Shown: positions 46,001 through 59,548 of the stretch, in pieces
Position numbering within the stretch: position 1 is the stretch's first letter
Layout of the letters: every line of letters starts with the position of its first letter
From: Euglena gracilis
Taxonomy: Eukaryota
NCBI GenBank assembly: GCA_039621445.1
Contig: CP154954.1
Span: 20,508,642-20,572,641, forward strand
DNA length: 64,000 nt
Direction of reading: 5' to 3'
Made by a program: the position numbers and the translations under genes
Notes under the pieces: generated by a model
What the model was told of the DNA's origin: nothing
Seen by the model: only the letters and a program-made list of their open reading frames with translations
The model's database searches: none

Positions 46001-49000
46001 AACTTTTCCAAAATATCTCGAAACCCATGGAAAATTGAAGGAACCCCCTCCCCCCTGGATGTCGGGAGGGGGATCCAGGCCCTCTACCCAACAAAAGTCG
46101 AGAAAATTTCTTCCAACTGGCGCCGTAGATTCCAAAAAAATTCCCTCAAATTTTACATATTTTCTCATTCTTTGGTTCTCTTTTGCATGCTTGCACAATT
46201 TGGAATTTTTCATTTTTTTTGGCAGATGTGTTTGGCACATTTATTTCTGTTTTCAAAGTGTATGTTTTTGATTTTTTTTTATACAGGTGATATTATTTTG
46301 AAAAATATTGTTTTAGAAAATTATTTTTTTCTGAAGTTCTGTATGCATGTATCTGTATGCATGTATGTGGTGGTTATATATTAGGTCACCAAACCTAAGC
46401 ATTGCATAAGCACAATGCGTTCTGTGGAAGTGTGATACCCACGCACGCGAGCATCCCCCAGGCAACCCACGGCCCATTCTCTGGCCCACTCCGTTGGCCA
46501 CTGCCCTGCCCGCAACGAAATGTCGGCCCCACGGCGGGCGCGCCTCCTCAAGGTGCTGAAGGACTACGTGCCGTACGCGCGGAAGCACGTCGCGGCGGTG
46601 ACGGGCTACGACGCCACCCAGTGGCGCCGCAGCGCCCGCGGGGCCCCCGTCAAGTGCGCTGCCCTGGCCCGGCCGGTGCGACCCAGGACTGCGGAACTGC
46701 GACCGCCGCCAGTGAGAAGGAACCCCACCCCATGTCCATCAAACCCCCCTTTTCCATTTTGATGTCCGCCCCCATGCGGTCTCCGGTTCAGCGTGGAGGG
46801 TGGCGAAGGCGGTGTGCTTTTTTCAAGACCCCACCGTTGAGTGCTGAGGAAGCGTGCTTTTGAACAAGTAGGGCTTAACTCCCTGCCTCTCTGGACCGAA
46901 GAGGGTCCAGGGACCCCTCAAGAACCAACATTTTCCACATTTTCCTTCCCTGGCACTTTGCACCAGAATAATTATGTTTTTTTTATGTATTATCTGTTGA
47001 TATGCCAACAAAGGCACCCAAAAACGATTTTTTTGGCATTTTTCTTCAATGTGAAGATGAGCCAAAAATTGTCAAGGATGGGTTGAAAATGGCTGCCCAG
47101 TCGAATCTTGGCAAACCTCGACATTTGCATAATCTGCAGTTTTTTTTGGGTTTTTTTTTGCAGTTTCAATTTTTTTTGTTCCCGGTTCGACCACAGGTGA
47201 GGTCAGTTCCAACCAGGGATCCTATGGAGAGAGGCTTTTTCCAGCCGGCCCAAATTTGCCAGCCTCTAAGCCTCTGAGCTGGACCCCCCCCAGCTTCTCG
47301 GGGCTAAGCTACGCCCTGCTTCTGTCCGCCTCACGCGTCCACCATTACCCCTTCCCCACCCCATCCCGCAGGGACTTCCACGCGGTTCTGCTGGACGCCC
47401 CGTGTTCCTCGGAGCGCCACCTGCTGCATGACCCAAAGGAGCTGTTGACGTGGCCCCGGCGTGTGCTTTTCAGCAATCGTCTGGTTGCGACGGGCTGTTG
47501 ATGGAGCAACGCGAGGGAGGGGGGTAGGCAAATTTTGTGTGTTTTTTTTGTGTTTTTTTGATTTGCCGAAATTTCGTATTTTTCATATTTTTCGTTTTTA
47601 TTGCTTTTTTTGGTTCTCTTATGTTTTTTTGCGGCATGTTTTTTTGACATCCGTGTTGTGGTCCCCCCCCCCCCGCGAAATGGGCCAGCGCAACATCCAC
47701 AATAGTTTTAGGACGATGCTTACCACCACGATAGGAGGGTGGTTTCCACATTTGTAGGGCCCCCACTGTGGGCACAAGCACCCACAGTGGTGCCCCTCTC
47801 CAAACAGCTCATACCTACCCCCCCCCCCCCGGGAAACTGTCATGCCCGAGAACCTGTCAGGGTCCCGCACGGGAAACTGTCAGGGTCCCCGGTACCGGCC
47901 AACCTGTCAGTATAGGAAGTTGTCAGGATCCCCGGTACCGGCCAACCTGTCAGTATAGGAAGTTGTCAGGGTCCCCGGTACCGGTCAACCTGTCAGGGTC
48001 ATTTTTCATTGACTTTCCCTTGAAATGCCCTACCCGGGAAACTGTCAGGGTCCCGCTCGGGAAACTGTCAGGGTCCCTGGTACCGGCCAACCTGGCATGA
48101 TAGGAAGTTGTCAGGGTCCCCGGTACTGGCCAACCAGTCAGGTGACAGTTTCCCGGGCCGGGGGGGGGGGTAGGTATTCGCCTGCACTGGACAAGGTCCG
48201 GACGGTGGGGGCATCGCCTGCATGGTTTTCAGCTGTGCAACACCACACTACCCCCCCCCCCCTCGTGACAACTCCCGACTCCAACGTTGGCTTCCCTTGC
48301 AAAGTTGTCCTTTGGGGCAGTGCTCGCCACCGGGACAGATGGGGAGGTTGCCTCCCCCTCTTGTGCTTGCCAACTTGGCCGAAGTCAATTCCCTGAGGGT
48401 TGGGGGAGGTACGACGTTGCCAGGCAACAGATTCTTAGGCACCCTCTTCCTCATGGTGGAGGGTGGAGGTGCTGGCAGTGGGCATTTCTCCGCTCGGTGT
48501 ATTCCTGCTGTTTGGGGGCGGAGGAACCCAGCAACAGGGAATCTTGGGGTATTTTTGGGGCATTTTTTTTTCATTTTTTCCCATTTTTCCATTTTTTTCC
48601 ATTTTTTCCCATTTTTTCCCATTTTTTTCATTTTTTTCGTTTTCCCCCCTTTTCCCCCCATTTCCCCCTTTTTTTCCATTTCCCCCTTTTTTTCATTCTC
48701 CCCCGGTCCTGCCAGCGGAACTTCATCGGGTGGTCTTCAGCGCAAGCCTGACAGGGACCCCAAAGCGCACCAAGCAGAACGCCAAGCGCCAGCTGGACAT
48801 CCTGTTGCAGGCCATCCACGCCGTCGCCCCTGCCCCAGGGATGCCTCGGCGTTCGGTCCCTGCCAAACACAACATGGCAACATGGGCACAGACACATGGC
48901 CAGGTCCGGAATTGAGATCCCCGACCTCTTTTTTTTGCCCCAATTGGTGAAATGCTCAAAGGTGAAAAGGTGAAAAGCTCTTCTCTTTTGGCCTTGGAGG

Positions 49001-51357
49001 CAGCTTGAGGTTCTAAAATGTTTGCAAACAGTTGGACAGTACAAAAGTGACTCACGATTTCACCATCCGGTATTTATTCAAAGGCCTCTAAATTTAGTGG
49101 TGTCTACTTTTGGGCCAGCCAGAAACCTTTGGGGTGGGGCATCTATGGTAGGATACCACAAAATTTGTTTCTCATTTGTGAAACACATTAAATGGGTATA
49201 TGCCTTGTTCTCTATCGAATATCTAATTTTCTGCACTAAGTGCCAACACAATTTGCAGCCACCCCACCCATCTGCTTCGAAGTCCTTCATCCATGTCTAC
49301 TCAGATTCACGGGACGTCGTAATACCCCAACACACCAGTGTGCACGCGTGTGTGCGTGTGCGTGTGTGCGTGTCTGTGTGTGGGGTTTTTTTTAGCAGCC
49401 AACCTGGCTGCGGAGGCCGGCTGCTGTATAGCACGTGTTCTATTTCCCCACTGGAGAACGATGCGGTGGTGGAGAAGTTGGTGAAGAAGCGCGGCGATTT
49501 GGTTCAGGTCCGTTCATTTCATTTTGCCAATGAACGCAATTCCCAAAAATTTCCCCCTCTTCAACCTTCTTCAAGTCCCCGCCCCCCTTCCCCTTCGTCC
49601 ACAAACACAAACCTGTTCCCCTTCCCAAAGCTTCCAGACGGCTCTATGCAACTGTTCATCTGTTGCAACTGTTCGGCCTGCAACTTTTACAACTGTTCGG
49701 CCTCTCAAGAAACGTGTCAGATGTTGGGTTTCTCCGAATCAACGAGACACGAAGCGGTCTGCATCAGAAAATGGCTGGGCACCAGCTTTGCCGGCCACAC
49801 AAACAGAATGTTGAAGGCAGCATCTCGAAAGTAATCCTCGACACACGCACATGCATTCTTACTCATACGCCCACATACGACTGGCACACACACGAACAAA
49901 ACACACACATCTTGCACCGCTGCAGCACAGAAGACGTGGGCAACCGTTTGGTCACCCTTGGTCACCCGGAGGGGGGTGGGCGGTGGGTGGGCGGTTGGGT
50001 CCAGGCTTAGACCCCCTCCCAGGGGCGGTGGGGTTTCCTCCATTTTCGACCCGAAGGGTGTACCCTACCCCCCCCCCCCTTTCCGCGGTTCCACCAGCGC
50101 GACTACCAACCAGAGTGAGGAGGAGTACAGGGCGCTATCAGAGCGGCCCTTCCCCCCACCCCCCGCCCACACATCCCACAGGTCCCCCCCCGCCTCCCGG
50201 CCCTGCAGGTGGCCACGGAGGCCGACTTCCCCAACAGTCCCGCGGCGCTGGGGGCGGAGCCGACGCGGGTCAGGCAGGGCTGAACGGAGCCATCCCCCAC
50301 CTCCTCCGCTTGCCCGCTGGGGGCCGCTGAGCGACGCCCTGATGGGAATCCCAGACTGGGAGCCCGGAGTGAGGGGAACCCAACCTGCGGGGGGGGGGGG
50401 ATCAGCCAGGTAAGTCCCGCCAGGCTCCGGCCACCTCCATGCACACGGACAAAAAGGGCCAGAGGCGAAAAAAAAACAGCGCCAGGCCAGAAGAAGGGAT
50501 AAAAAGGCACCGTACAAACAGCCACACATGGGGCGGGGGTGAGCCAGCCGCCAACAGCTCCCGTCCAGCGGGACCCGTCCCGGGCCACCCCCCGGCCAGC
50601 CCTGCAGCCGGGTGGACGTTCCTCCCCGACCGGTGCGGGTGGGGCCCGCTGTACTTCAGCCTGCTGCTGGCCCGGCCCCGGGCCGCTGCGGAGGCCGGGG
50701 GCGAAGACGGGGACGGGGACGGGGAGGAGGACGAGGAAGAGGAGGATATGTGGGAGATTCCTTGTTTTTTTTCGCCTTGCCTTCCCGCGGGACCCATTCC
50801 CGGGTTGGGGTCGGATGGGGCATGAGTGGGATGAAGGTTTTCTGTCCTCCCAAGTGGGTGTCATTGTTGAAGACGACGTCCCCCGCCTTTCCATCTGTGG
50901 TCCGAAAATTATTGTGGCGTGCAAATATCGCGCACCGTCATTTTTAGGACAAAAAAGCAACAAAAAAGCTGGAGCGACCACTGACTGACCGATTGAGGCA
51001 GGTGTGGCTGTCAACAAAAGTTTAGACTGCTCTACAAGAACGTCCGAAAGTGATATTTAAAGCGAGAGAAACAAGAGACAAAAGACAAAGACACTATCCA
51101 GACAGACATTGAAGGGTGAGCTTTAAAACCGCTGGGTCTTTGCATGCCCACGGCCTTGAAAGGTTGAGGCAGACCAGCTGCCAGCCCATCACGCACTGCG
51201 TACGCATTTTGCATTTCCCGCTCTGCCTGAGGGCGATCCGGCCGATGGATGTCCCAGCCACGCCGAGGACTCTGGGGATGAGCCCATGGGAGAGCGGAGG
51301 CGGGCTGAGGCTGAGGACCCCGAGGAGGAGGAGGAGGATGATGAGGAGGCCTCGTAG
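40035..51357 (+). CDS. NOL1/NOP2/Sun-family RNA m5C methyltransferase (NSUN3/NSUN4-like), multi-exon, 5' end not found
   Basis: Exons ~40035-40124, ~40861-40910, (unresolved), ~44877-45056, 46514-46653, 47372-47452, 48756-48831, 49412-49507, 50209-50271, 50610-50747, probably 51226-51357. Motifs FDAHY..GGRW, YYLMDFGS, VLDLCAAPGGKS, VLLDAPCSSER, LLYSTCSISPLEND, FLPD..GWGPLYF, plus an acidic tail. Confidence 0.88.
44105..44750. mobile_element. hAT-like MITE, 8-bp TSD CTCTGGAA
   Basis: CAGACCTCTGT...ACATAGGTCTG with subterminal TGTGTATCGG repeats and an exact TSD. Confidence 0.88.
45057..46513 (+). other. Nonconventional intron (methyltransferase)
   Basis: CTC-CAGGGCGGCGGCCGAC...GTTGGCCACTGCCCTG-CCCGC (13 WC + 2 GU of 16); splicing gives GRVVC|NEMS. 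Confidence 0.85.
45263..45508. repeat. Compound (TGAG)n/(GGAG)n/(CGAG)n microsatellite
   Basis: Seen directly. Confidence 0.95.
47453..48755 (+). other. Nonconventional intron (methyltransferase)
   Basis: GCC-CCGGCGTGTGCT...AGCGCAAGCCTG-ACAGG; splicing gives LLTWTPKR. The junction can slide by 1 nt. Confidence 0.7.
48832..49411 (+). other. Nonconventional intron (methyltransferase)
   Basis: GCCCCAGG...CCTGGCTGC with Y|R junctions; splicing gives AVAP|GGRLLYSTCS. Confidence 0.72.
50272..50609 (+). other. Nonconventional intron (methyltransferase)
   Basis: AGG-CAGGGCTG...CAGCCCTG-CAGCC, perfect 8-bp stem; splicing gives EPTRV|GWTFLPD. Confidence 0.85.
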
Positions 51358-54300
51358 TACTGCACTGCTCCCTTCCATGGCACAGCTCCCCTGGCCGACA
51401 TCCCGTTACTTGCACCGCCAAAGAGCTCCTATGTTCTGCGGGCAAGCGACACCGCATGACTGTAGGGGGGATGTGCAGAACCCTTTTCTTTGTGCATATT
51501 TCGCATATTTAGTGCACGTTTCACTTTTTTTGGCCAAAAGCGCATAGTTTGTATATTTTGTGCATGTTGGGAGGGTTTTCAGAATTTTCCCACTGCATAT
51601 TTTCCCAGCCTCGCATATTTTCCGCATATTTCCTGCATCTTATTGGGGCCATTTTACTTTCTTCCACCTTCTTTTTAGGCCATTTGCTTTCATTTTTGGG
51701 ACCATTATGGCATTTATTTGGGCCATTCTGAGTCCCTGTGGGCCATTTTTGGGTCATTTTGGACCACGGTTGGCCATTTCTGGACATTCTTGGCCACTGT
51801 TGGCCTTTTTTTTTTTAGCAAATCAGCTGTTTATTAGGTCATTTGGGCCATTTTTCATTACAAACTCATCCAAATTTGCTGACTTGCCAGTTGGGTCACC
51901 TGAACATGTCCAAATATGGCCCAGCTCCAGAAATATCACATATTTTCCACATCCTTTCCCGCATATTTAGCACACATTCCTGCATATTTTAGGGGGTGCC
52001 TTTTCGCACATACTTCCCCCCATGACTTCCTGGGCCAACCCTTTGACCTATCTTGAAGCCCCTCTTGAAGCTGGGCCCTCGCAGGCTGGCGGAGCAGGTA
52101 CCATTCACTGAGAGACCCCAGACTTGTCGGAGGTAGGAAAGGGCATCCATCATCCATGCTCAAAAGAGGGTCATTTACTGTCCCATTTTGTCTCATTTAT
52201 TGTCCTATCTGAATTTTAAGGCGAAGCCGACCCCACCCCGGGGTGTTGGAGCAAGAGCTCCAAGGCACCCAGGTCCGACCCCAGGGGGACCATGGCCAAA
52301 GTGCTTGGGCACTCGACGAAGGCACTCCGTCGCCAAAGGTGCCACAAGCCAAATGCCGAGAAACGGCCTTTTTTGGACAATCTTCGCAATTTTGGGCAAT
52401 TTGGGAATTGTTTTTCTCGGCCAGGCAGGCACCGACCCCTCCGGGGGGTGCCTGCCTGCCTGCCAGCCCGGCACTCCAGGGCACTTCAGGGCACTCCAAG
52501 GGCCGCCATCCCCCTTGGGTTGGTGGAAACTCCACCCCTTTCGCATCTGATGACGACCCTGGGTTTGGTAAACCCCTCCCCCCAAATAATAAACCCCCCG
52601 GTTTATTATTTGGACACCCGAAGTCGGGGTCCAGGGGGGTTTATTATTTGGGGGTGTTTATTATTTGGGCAAAAATTTCGAAGTCAAAAATTGACCCGAA
52701 AACCCCTCCACAGGCTCCAATGGTCACTTTTTTTTTTGGCATTTTTGGGCTTTTTTTTTGAAAATTGGGTGCTTTTTTGGCATATTTTCTGCACCAATTT
52801 GATCCATTTTTGTGTTTTTTTTTGCAGCATTTCTGCTAATTTTTGACTCTTTTTTTCCTTTGCCCTCACACCTGCCAGAGGTGGGGGTTTATTATTTGGG
52901 CGGCCGAAGTCAGTCCTCAGGGGGGGGTTATTATTTGGGGGGGTTATTATTTGGGGGGGGGGGGAGCTTAGTTGTGAACCACCCCCACCCCGATGCCTCG
53001 CCCTTCAGCGGATGAGGGTAAGGCCCTCAAGGTCCTCATGAAAGTTCTATGTCGTCCTTGCTCCTTAACGTCTTCGAACCTAGACCCCCCATGTCCACAT
53101 GTCCAATGAACCCCTTGCTCAACGAACAGGGGGTGTCCGGGCCGTCCAGTTTGTAACTTTTTACAGCAATACAAATGGCCATACAATCCATGCCCAATGA
53201 ACGTCTCACATCCAGATTGACCGTCCAGATTTTCTCTGTATTGTTCATTGGGCTTGTGGGGGGGGTACGTCAAGTCCCCCCCCCCCCCCCGCACCCTTTG
53301 AAACCTCCAAATTCCTTTTCCGCCACCCCCACAACCCTTGTGTTCCACCATCCATGTGCCACCTCACCTCTCGGATTTGTGGGTCCCCAATCCCCCCCCC
53401 TTCTCTTCCGCAGCCCGCCGCCCTTCCTCTCCACAGCTGCCCCCTCCCCCAGACGGTCTGCTCGGTGATGGCTCAGACCCGCCCTGCCCAACCCAAGCTG
53501 CCCCCGCTCACCCAGCACTTCGCCCCAACCCTGGAGGCCAGAGTTCTGGGGACGAGGGTCCTTTGGTCGGGAAGGGAGGCCAGGAGACCACTGTAAGAGC
53601 TGGGAGAAATATGGGAGGCGGATTTTCTCCCCTGGAAAAGCGCAGAACCGAACTCCTGCCAAGTTTATCCTTTCTACCAACTCAGCTTTCTGCCAATGTT
53701 TCTAAAGCTCAATGCTACCCCCATCGCATTGGCCCATTCTACGGAACAAAAAGCCAGCGCCTTTGCCAAAATTTGTGGCCCGTTTTTTAAAAAAAATTCA
53801 TGCCAAATTTGTCACGTCCGTAATTTTGTTGGTGCCATAAAGTGTCGCCATAAATTCACCCGTGCCATGCTTCATGGGGTGGTCCGCCAGGCTGCCGTCT
53901 GACCCCACTCACCCCATCACTGTCAGTTTGGTCTGTTATTCGGTGGGGTGGGGGTACGCCCCCCCCCCTCACCAGCATTTTTCCTGCCCATTTCTTTGCA
54001 ACAACATTGGAGGATTCTCTTGTGTGCCGGCTTTCCCTGGGGGGTGGAGCGGTTGCTGTGCTGCTTTGAAGGGGGGGGTTCAGCCCAGCCACCCCATCAG
54101 CCGGAATGCTGGTGCCGAGTACCAGAAGATGCGCAGGGATCGCCGTGCCTTCGTGAGAGGAATGCCATTGTGAGTTACCACGTCACCAGGTTATCAGGCT
54201 GGTCCCATTCAATGCCAAGTCAGGGAGGCTGGGTTCCTTTTCCTTTTCCGGGTAGTACATTTCGGGTGAGCAAGCCGCGGCGGCAACCCTTCTGAAGGAC

Positions 54301-55340
54301 TGAAGGGCTTTCATTCCGTCATGGTTTGGCCACTCCTGGCAAAGGTGGGTGATGCATTTTTTTTTTGCTTTCTTCTTGCAATGTTTTTTTTTTGGAAACA
54401 AGTTTTGATTTGTAACATTTTTGAGCTCTGGAGCGACTTCTCCTGCGCACCAGTATTTCATAGTTGTTTTTTTTTGTGTGGAGCTGTATATTTTCTTAAA
54501 TCCTCACAAGAAAGTGGCCACCGGCCTTCATTTTAACAACCTGGAAGGGGGGGCCCAAAATCCACAACTTAAATTTGGTACTTATTATTTTGGTATTTTA
54601 ATTATAATTTTTCGAGACAACCCCCAAAAATTTTATATTTGGGAGGGGGAGCTAATTTGCTTTAAAATTCTTTCAGATGTATGAATTATGGTGTTTTGAT
54701 CCACAAATCCTTTCGAAATGTTTTTCGAAAAGGTCTTTGAAAAATTTGGTCATTGTCTTAAAAAAATTTGCACGACGATGAAACTGAAATGCAGAGGATG
54801 GTCGCAAGCGATTTCATTCAACCCAGCAACACTCAGAATGCATGGCTGCGCAGCAACTGAAGCGGGCATACAGCTGTTTTTTCCTCCTCTGATGCTGTCT
54901 CAAACTACACAAAATCCATGCAAAAACGAAGCCAATGTTCAGTAACCCAACAAATATGTTTGGCAATTTGTCATTGGCATATCCATCCATCCAGTCTTCC
55001 AGCTTGCGGTGGGTGTTCCCTGAAGCCGGCATATCCGCAGATGCGCAAGCTGTTGCAGGATTTGCGAACAAATCCAGTCCGTTGTTCGGAAGTGGTGCAC
55101 TACTGCGGGCAGCAGCTGTTGAAGCATTATGCGAAATCCCTTGGCGATGAAGTATGTGATGCAAAAAAATGACGTATTTGATCCACTGCAGTGTACATGT
55201 ATGTGCGTGAGAGCGCGCATTCGTGTCGTGTGCGTGTGCGTGTATGTGTGTGCGCACACGTCCGTGTGTGTGCGCGCGTGCGCATGTTGCATGTGAACGC
55301 GTGTGCTGTTAACCCTTCCTCCTCCGTATGGCTGCTGCAG

Positions 55341-58300
55341 GTGTGGGTCATCACAGAGCAGGTCCTGATGGCCTCCCTCGACTGCCGCTGCATTCCAGAT
55401 GCCGAGGAGTGTTGGGCCCGGCCAGGGTTGGGCACCGCCGGGGTGTGCGCTGGTTGCAAGGATAGATGGGAAACCTTTCGGTTTTGAGGTAGGTGGTAGT
55501 GGGGGTTCCGACCCCCCCCACAGGGTAAGGTGTTTTCCAAACCCCCTGTTGAGAGGGGGCGTCCGGACCCCCCCTTCCTTGACAGGTTTCAAAAAATGAA
55601 GGAAAAAATTCCTCTGACGCTGTGCGCTGGAAAATGAACCAAAAATGCCTCTGTTCTCACCTTTGAGTACATTGCACTTTTTTTTTGATGTTTTGTTCTT
55701 TTCCACAAAAAAAAACTGTTCAAATAATGTGCATTTCTGGATTTATTTTCAAATAAAATTCAGGGATTTTTCAACAATGCTTGCGTGGTACCACAAAATT
55801 GAAAAATTTTCAGGCCCATGCCGGTTTCGAGGTCGGCGGGGGTCCGACCCACACCCCCACTCTGTGTTGGGAGGGGTGTCCTAAACCCCACCGCCTCAGG
55901 GCTTCAGGGTTGGGTGGGGAGGGGGCCAATTCCGGCTCGTGGTCCAAACCAACCCTGTCATCGGCTGGCCACCCGTTTCTCGGAGGACAGCCGCCGTGTG
56001 AGGCGGTGTGGCTGCTGCAGTACCCTTGCACAGTGCTGCCCGTTGAAGACACAACATGCACGGTGCCAAAAACTGGCGATCAACAGGGGACAAGTGATGG
56101 GTATTGCCCTGGCCGCGGCACTTCCCAGTCAAACATTGCATGAGTGCGCGAGTACGACTTCCGTGCACTTGTAGGTGTAGGAGTAGCAAGTGGCTCAGAC
56201 GCTCTTCATCAGTTGTTTGCCGACTGGACTGGCAACCGTGCGTGATATACCACGATGAGCACAAAGTGCCAAAAATTCTTTACCCCAAAGTTGGCCCCTA
56301 AAAAGTGGGTCCAACCCCCCTCCTGTTGGGATCGGGGGCCCTCACCCTTTTTTCAAAGAAATAAAAATAAAATGAATTAAAGAAAATTCCGAGTAGGGGT
56401 GTGTGTAGTTTGTGCCGTATCTCGCGATCCCAGCCCTTGACTCGATGGACCCCACCACCCCTGTTCCCCACAACATGCTTCCACAGCCTCCATGGGCTCA
56501 TCCTGGAGGCGAAGGAGCAGTACGAGGACGCGGACAAGTGCTACAAGGACCTGCTGGAGGAGACTCAGCGCTGTGACAAGCTGGCGTTCAAGCGCCGGGC
56601 GGCCGTGGCGAAGGCGCGCGGCCACCGCGGGGATGCCATCAAGATTCTGGAGGAGTACCTGACCGTGTTCCAGGTCCCCACCCCTCCCATACACGCGGGG
56701 GGGGGGGGGCTCGTTTTTCCTGCAGTTTTCGATTCTGGCAAGATTTTTTGTGTGTTTTTTTTTCGACTCCATATTGTGTCCTCGCGTTTTGTTCTGGTGC
56801 TTTTTGAATGGTCGTTTCATTTTTCTGGACCCATTCTCCCCCCCGGTCGTTGTGGAAGGCAAACCCAGTTGAGAAAGGCATGCCATCATGCCATTCTTTA
56901 TTTTGCATTCTTGTCCGGAAGCAACACATCCTTAGCCTTCACATGCTAAAAGCTCTTTCCAACTTTTCCCCAACGTGCGATGCCACACATACTCACAACG
57001 CCGATCCTCCCCCCCCCCCCTGTGCACATCTGAGGACATTGTGGGCGGGGATACCCACCTCCGGTTTTCCTGTCCAGGTGGATGAGGACGCCCAGCACGA
57101 GCTGGCTGGTCTCCACCTGGTGGACTGCGATTACAACAAGGCGGCCTACTGCTTCGAGGAGATGATCCTCGGGGACCCGCACAATTTCCTCTTTATGCTC
57201 AAATATGCCGAGGTGCCATGTGGAACGTGATGCTAAAACTTAGATGCATCGACATGTATCTACCCCCAGTCTTCCCCGAGAAAGTATCTTCTGCCTTCTT
57301 TACCTGCCAACCTGTCCTCATATGGACCTGTCTCCAACCCTTGTATCCGCTGACCTGTCTCCTAAGAATTTTTATAAGGTTTTTCCATGATCATCAAAAT
57401 GACTGTTTCTGTGATCATTTTTCTTTCAATGTGTTAAAGAATCACTTTTTCTGATTTTCATGTCTGCCAGGGGAGTCGGAAATGTCAACTTTGTTCCTCT
57501 GACTCAATAATTCAATTCATCCTCAACCCAATAATTCACAGTATAAGTCAGATTCTATGCAATTGTTTTTGAATGTGCACACATAGGTACCCCCCCCACA
57601 AAATGTCCCAGATGTGTCGTACAGAGGTCAGAGACAGGACCCGATGAATTCAGGCCAGCGAGTACAGGTCCCAAAGAAATCTCCAGGGGAGGGTCCAAAT
57701 ATCAAACCCAACCAGAGAGGAGGACTTCATATGTTTTTTTTTGCAACCTTATGTTTTCCAATTTAGCCTCATCAATCCAGGAGATGCCATTGTTCTACAT
57801 CGTTTCGTCGTCAGTGACGTTTCAACCAATATTTCGTCGTTTGCAAAAGAGTGAATCTATTTTTTTTCTTTCAAAAATAAGTGACAGAATCCGACATTGG
57901 CATTTTGTTGTCTATCCAGCCCTGCAGCCAGGAGTGGGTTCTGCATTTGGCAGCCAATCAACAAAGAAGGTTCTATTTCTGCAGGGGAGATATCTTATGA
58001 GATTATGTTTGACCATTCGTGATATTAGGATACAGATCCTAAAATATGCATGGGGTGGGTCCATATAAGAGCACCCCTATCGAGGAAGGCAGCCAGGAGC
58101 CTGGAAACCCCTCCATGGTTTTTCTTGTTTGGAGTAAACCCCTAAAAATAGGACCCCCGAAGTGCTCCCCTGTTTTGATGGGATTTCTCCCTCGTGTCTA
58201 ATCAGGTGCTGTACTCCATCGGGGAGAAGCGGCCCACCGAGGAAGCCCGGAAGTACTTTGCACAGTCCATCAAGCTGAACGACTCGGTGCGGAACCTGCG

Positions 58301-59548
58301 GGCGTACTACGGTGTGTGCCCTGTCCCCATCCGGGGCCCCGCATCCGATCTGTCCCAACGTGCGCCATTCATGTATTCACCCAACAATACATCCCACCCA
58401 ACACATACAATACACCAATGCATCACACATGACGCAATGCATCACATACAATACAATACTTCAAATGCATCCCAATATACGCCATTCATCCATCACACAA
58501 AGTACGCGCTGTTACGTTGTGGTTCAGGGCTGCACGGATTGTCCAACAACCGCTTGGGCTGATGGGGGGTTTGTTGGCCCGTCTTACATTGACTGTTCCT
58601 GACAGGGGGGACCTCTTCTTTCCCTCCCCAGGCCTCTGGATCTGCTGTATCACCCTGGCCACGCAGTTTGGTCTGCGCGACACCCAGTGACCCTGGAAGG
58701 ATCGACCCCCCCCCACCATGTCTCACTTTGTTCTCCAAAGACCTCTGGGGAGGTTTCTTGTAAAGCTGGTCCATAAAGAAAGAGAACTGATTTTTGTTGT
58801 TCCCAGCGCGCTGTTCAAAACCATCGTTTGGCATCCTTCTCGGCAAGTCTATCAAAAGCATCCAGATCAGAGTGGGCGTGGGAAGTGTCGGTGGAGTGAC
58901 CTGAGAATCTCTGCCAACCACTATTCTTGAGACCTTCTGAAAGCGACGGCTATCCATTGGGCCGGTCCAGGGGGTCTCCAACAAAAGCCTCTGCCCCAAG
59001 GCCATCACCCTGCCAGCTTTTCTGGACAAATTTTGGGTCGACCCTGACCCCCCCTTTCGGAATTGGAGGTTTCCAGACCCCCCCAGGGGTGAGGTGGCTG
59101 GGGGGGCAGGTCCCTCCAGACCTTGGGAGGCGGTGTCCGGACCCTCTTGGCAGGTTCCAACAGCAGTTTTCCTGCGCTGTGCGCCGGAAAATGCAACAAA
59201 AACTGTCTTTTCTTCTGACTTATAGCATATTTACATTTTTTTTGATATTTTGGTGTTTTTTTTGCAGTGAGAAAATGTTCAAACGACACAAAAATGGGCA
59301 TTTTGGATTATTTTTTCAAATTGGAGGGGGGTCCAACCCCCCCCTTAGGGCCTCCCATGGATCCCTGCCCATCTGTGGGGGAGGGGCATCCCCTGCCCAG
59401 GCTCACGGGCACTGCTGCCAATGCGGAGAACAGCGATGTCCTCAACTGGGTGACCAAGAAGCTCCGGGCGCTGTACCAGGCCGCCGCCCCACAACACGCC
59501 GGCACTGTGGACTGCGCGTTGCGGCTCGCCAGCCCGGAGGACAACTGA
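55341..59548 (+). CDS. EMC2: ER membrane protein complex subunit 2 (TPR protein), 5' exons unresolved (candidate ATG 53468)
   Basis: Exons 55341-55419, 55963-56005, 56487-56673, 57078-57212, 58206-58311, 58632-58660, 58945-58964, 59401-59548 join in frame. Motifs WVITEQVLMASLDC, RFSEDSRRVRRLHGLILEA, YLTVFQVDEDA, AAYCFEEMIL..PHN, KYAEVLY, ARKYF, NLRAYYGL. Confidence 0.88.
55420..55962 (+). other. Nonconventional intron (EMC2)
   Basis: GGC-CAGGGTTGG...CCAACCCTG-TCATC, perfect 9-bp stem, C|G at both junctions. Confidence 0.88.
58661..58944 (+). other. Nonconventional intron (EMC2)
   Basis: ACG-CAGTTTGGTCT...AGACCTTCTG-AAAGC; keeps frame into a 20-nt exon. Confidence 0.65.
58965..59400 (+). other. 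Intermediate intron (GT-AG plus nonconventional stem)
   Basis: GTC-CAGGGG...CCCCTG-CCCAG. Confidence 0.7.

Noticed and set aside
53468-54230. 5' exons of EMC2 (ATG 53468; AEYQKMRRDRR at ~54115)
   Set aside because: Plausible, but I could not derive consistent splice junctions, so they are left out of the CDS call.
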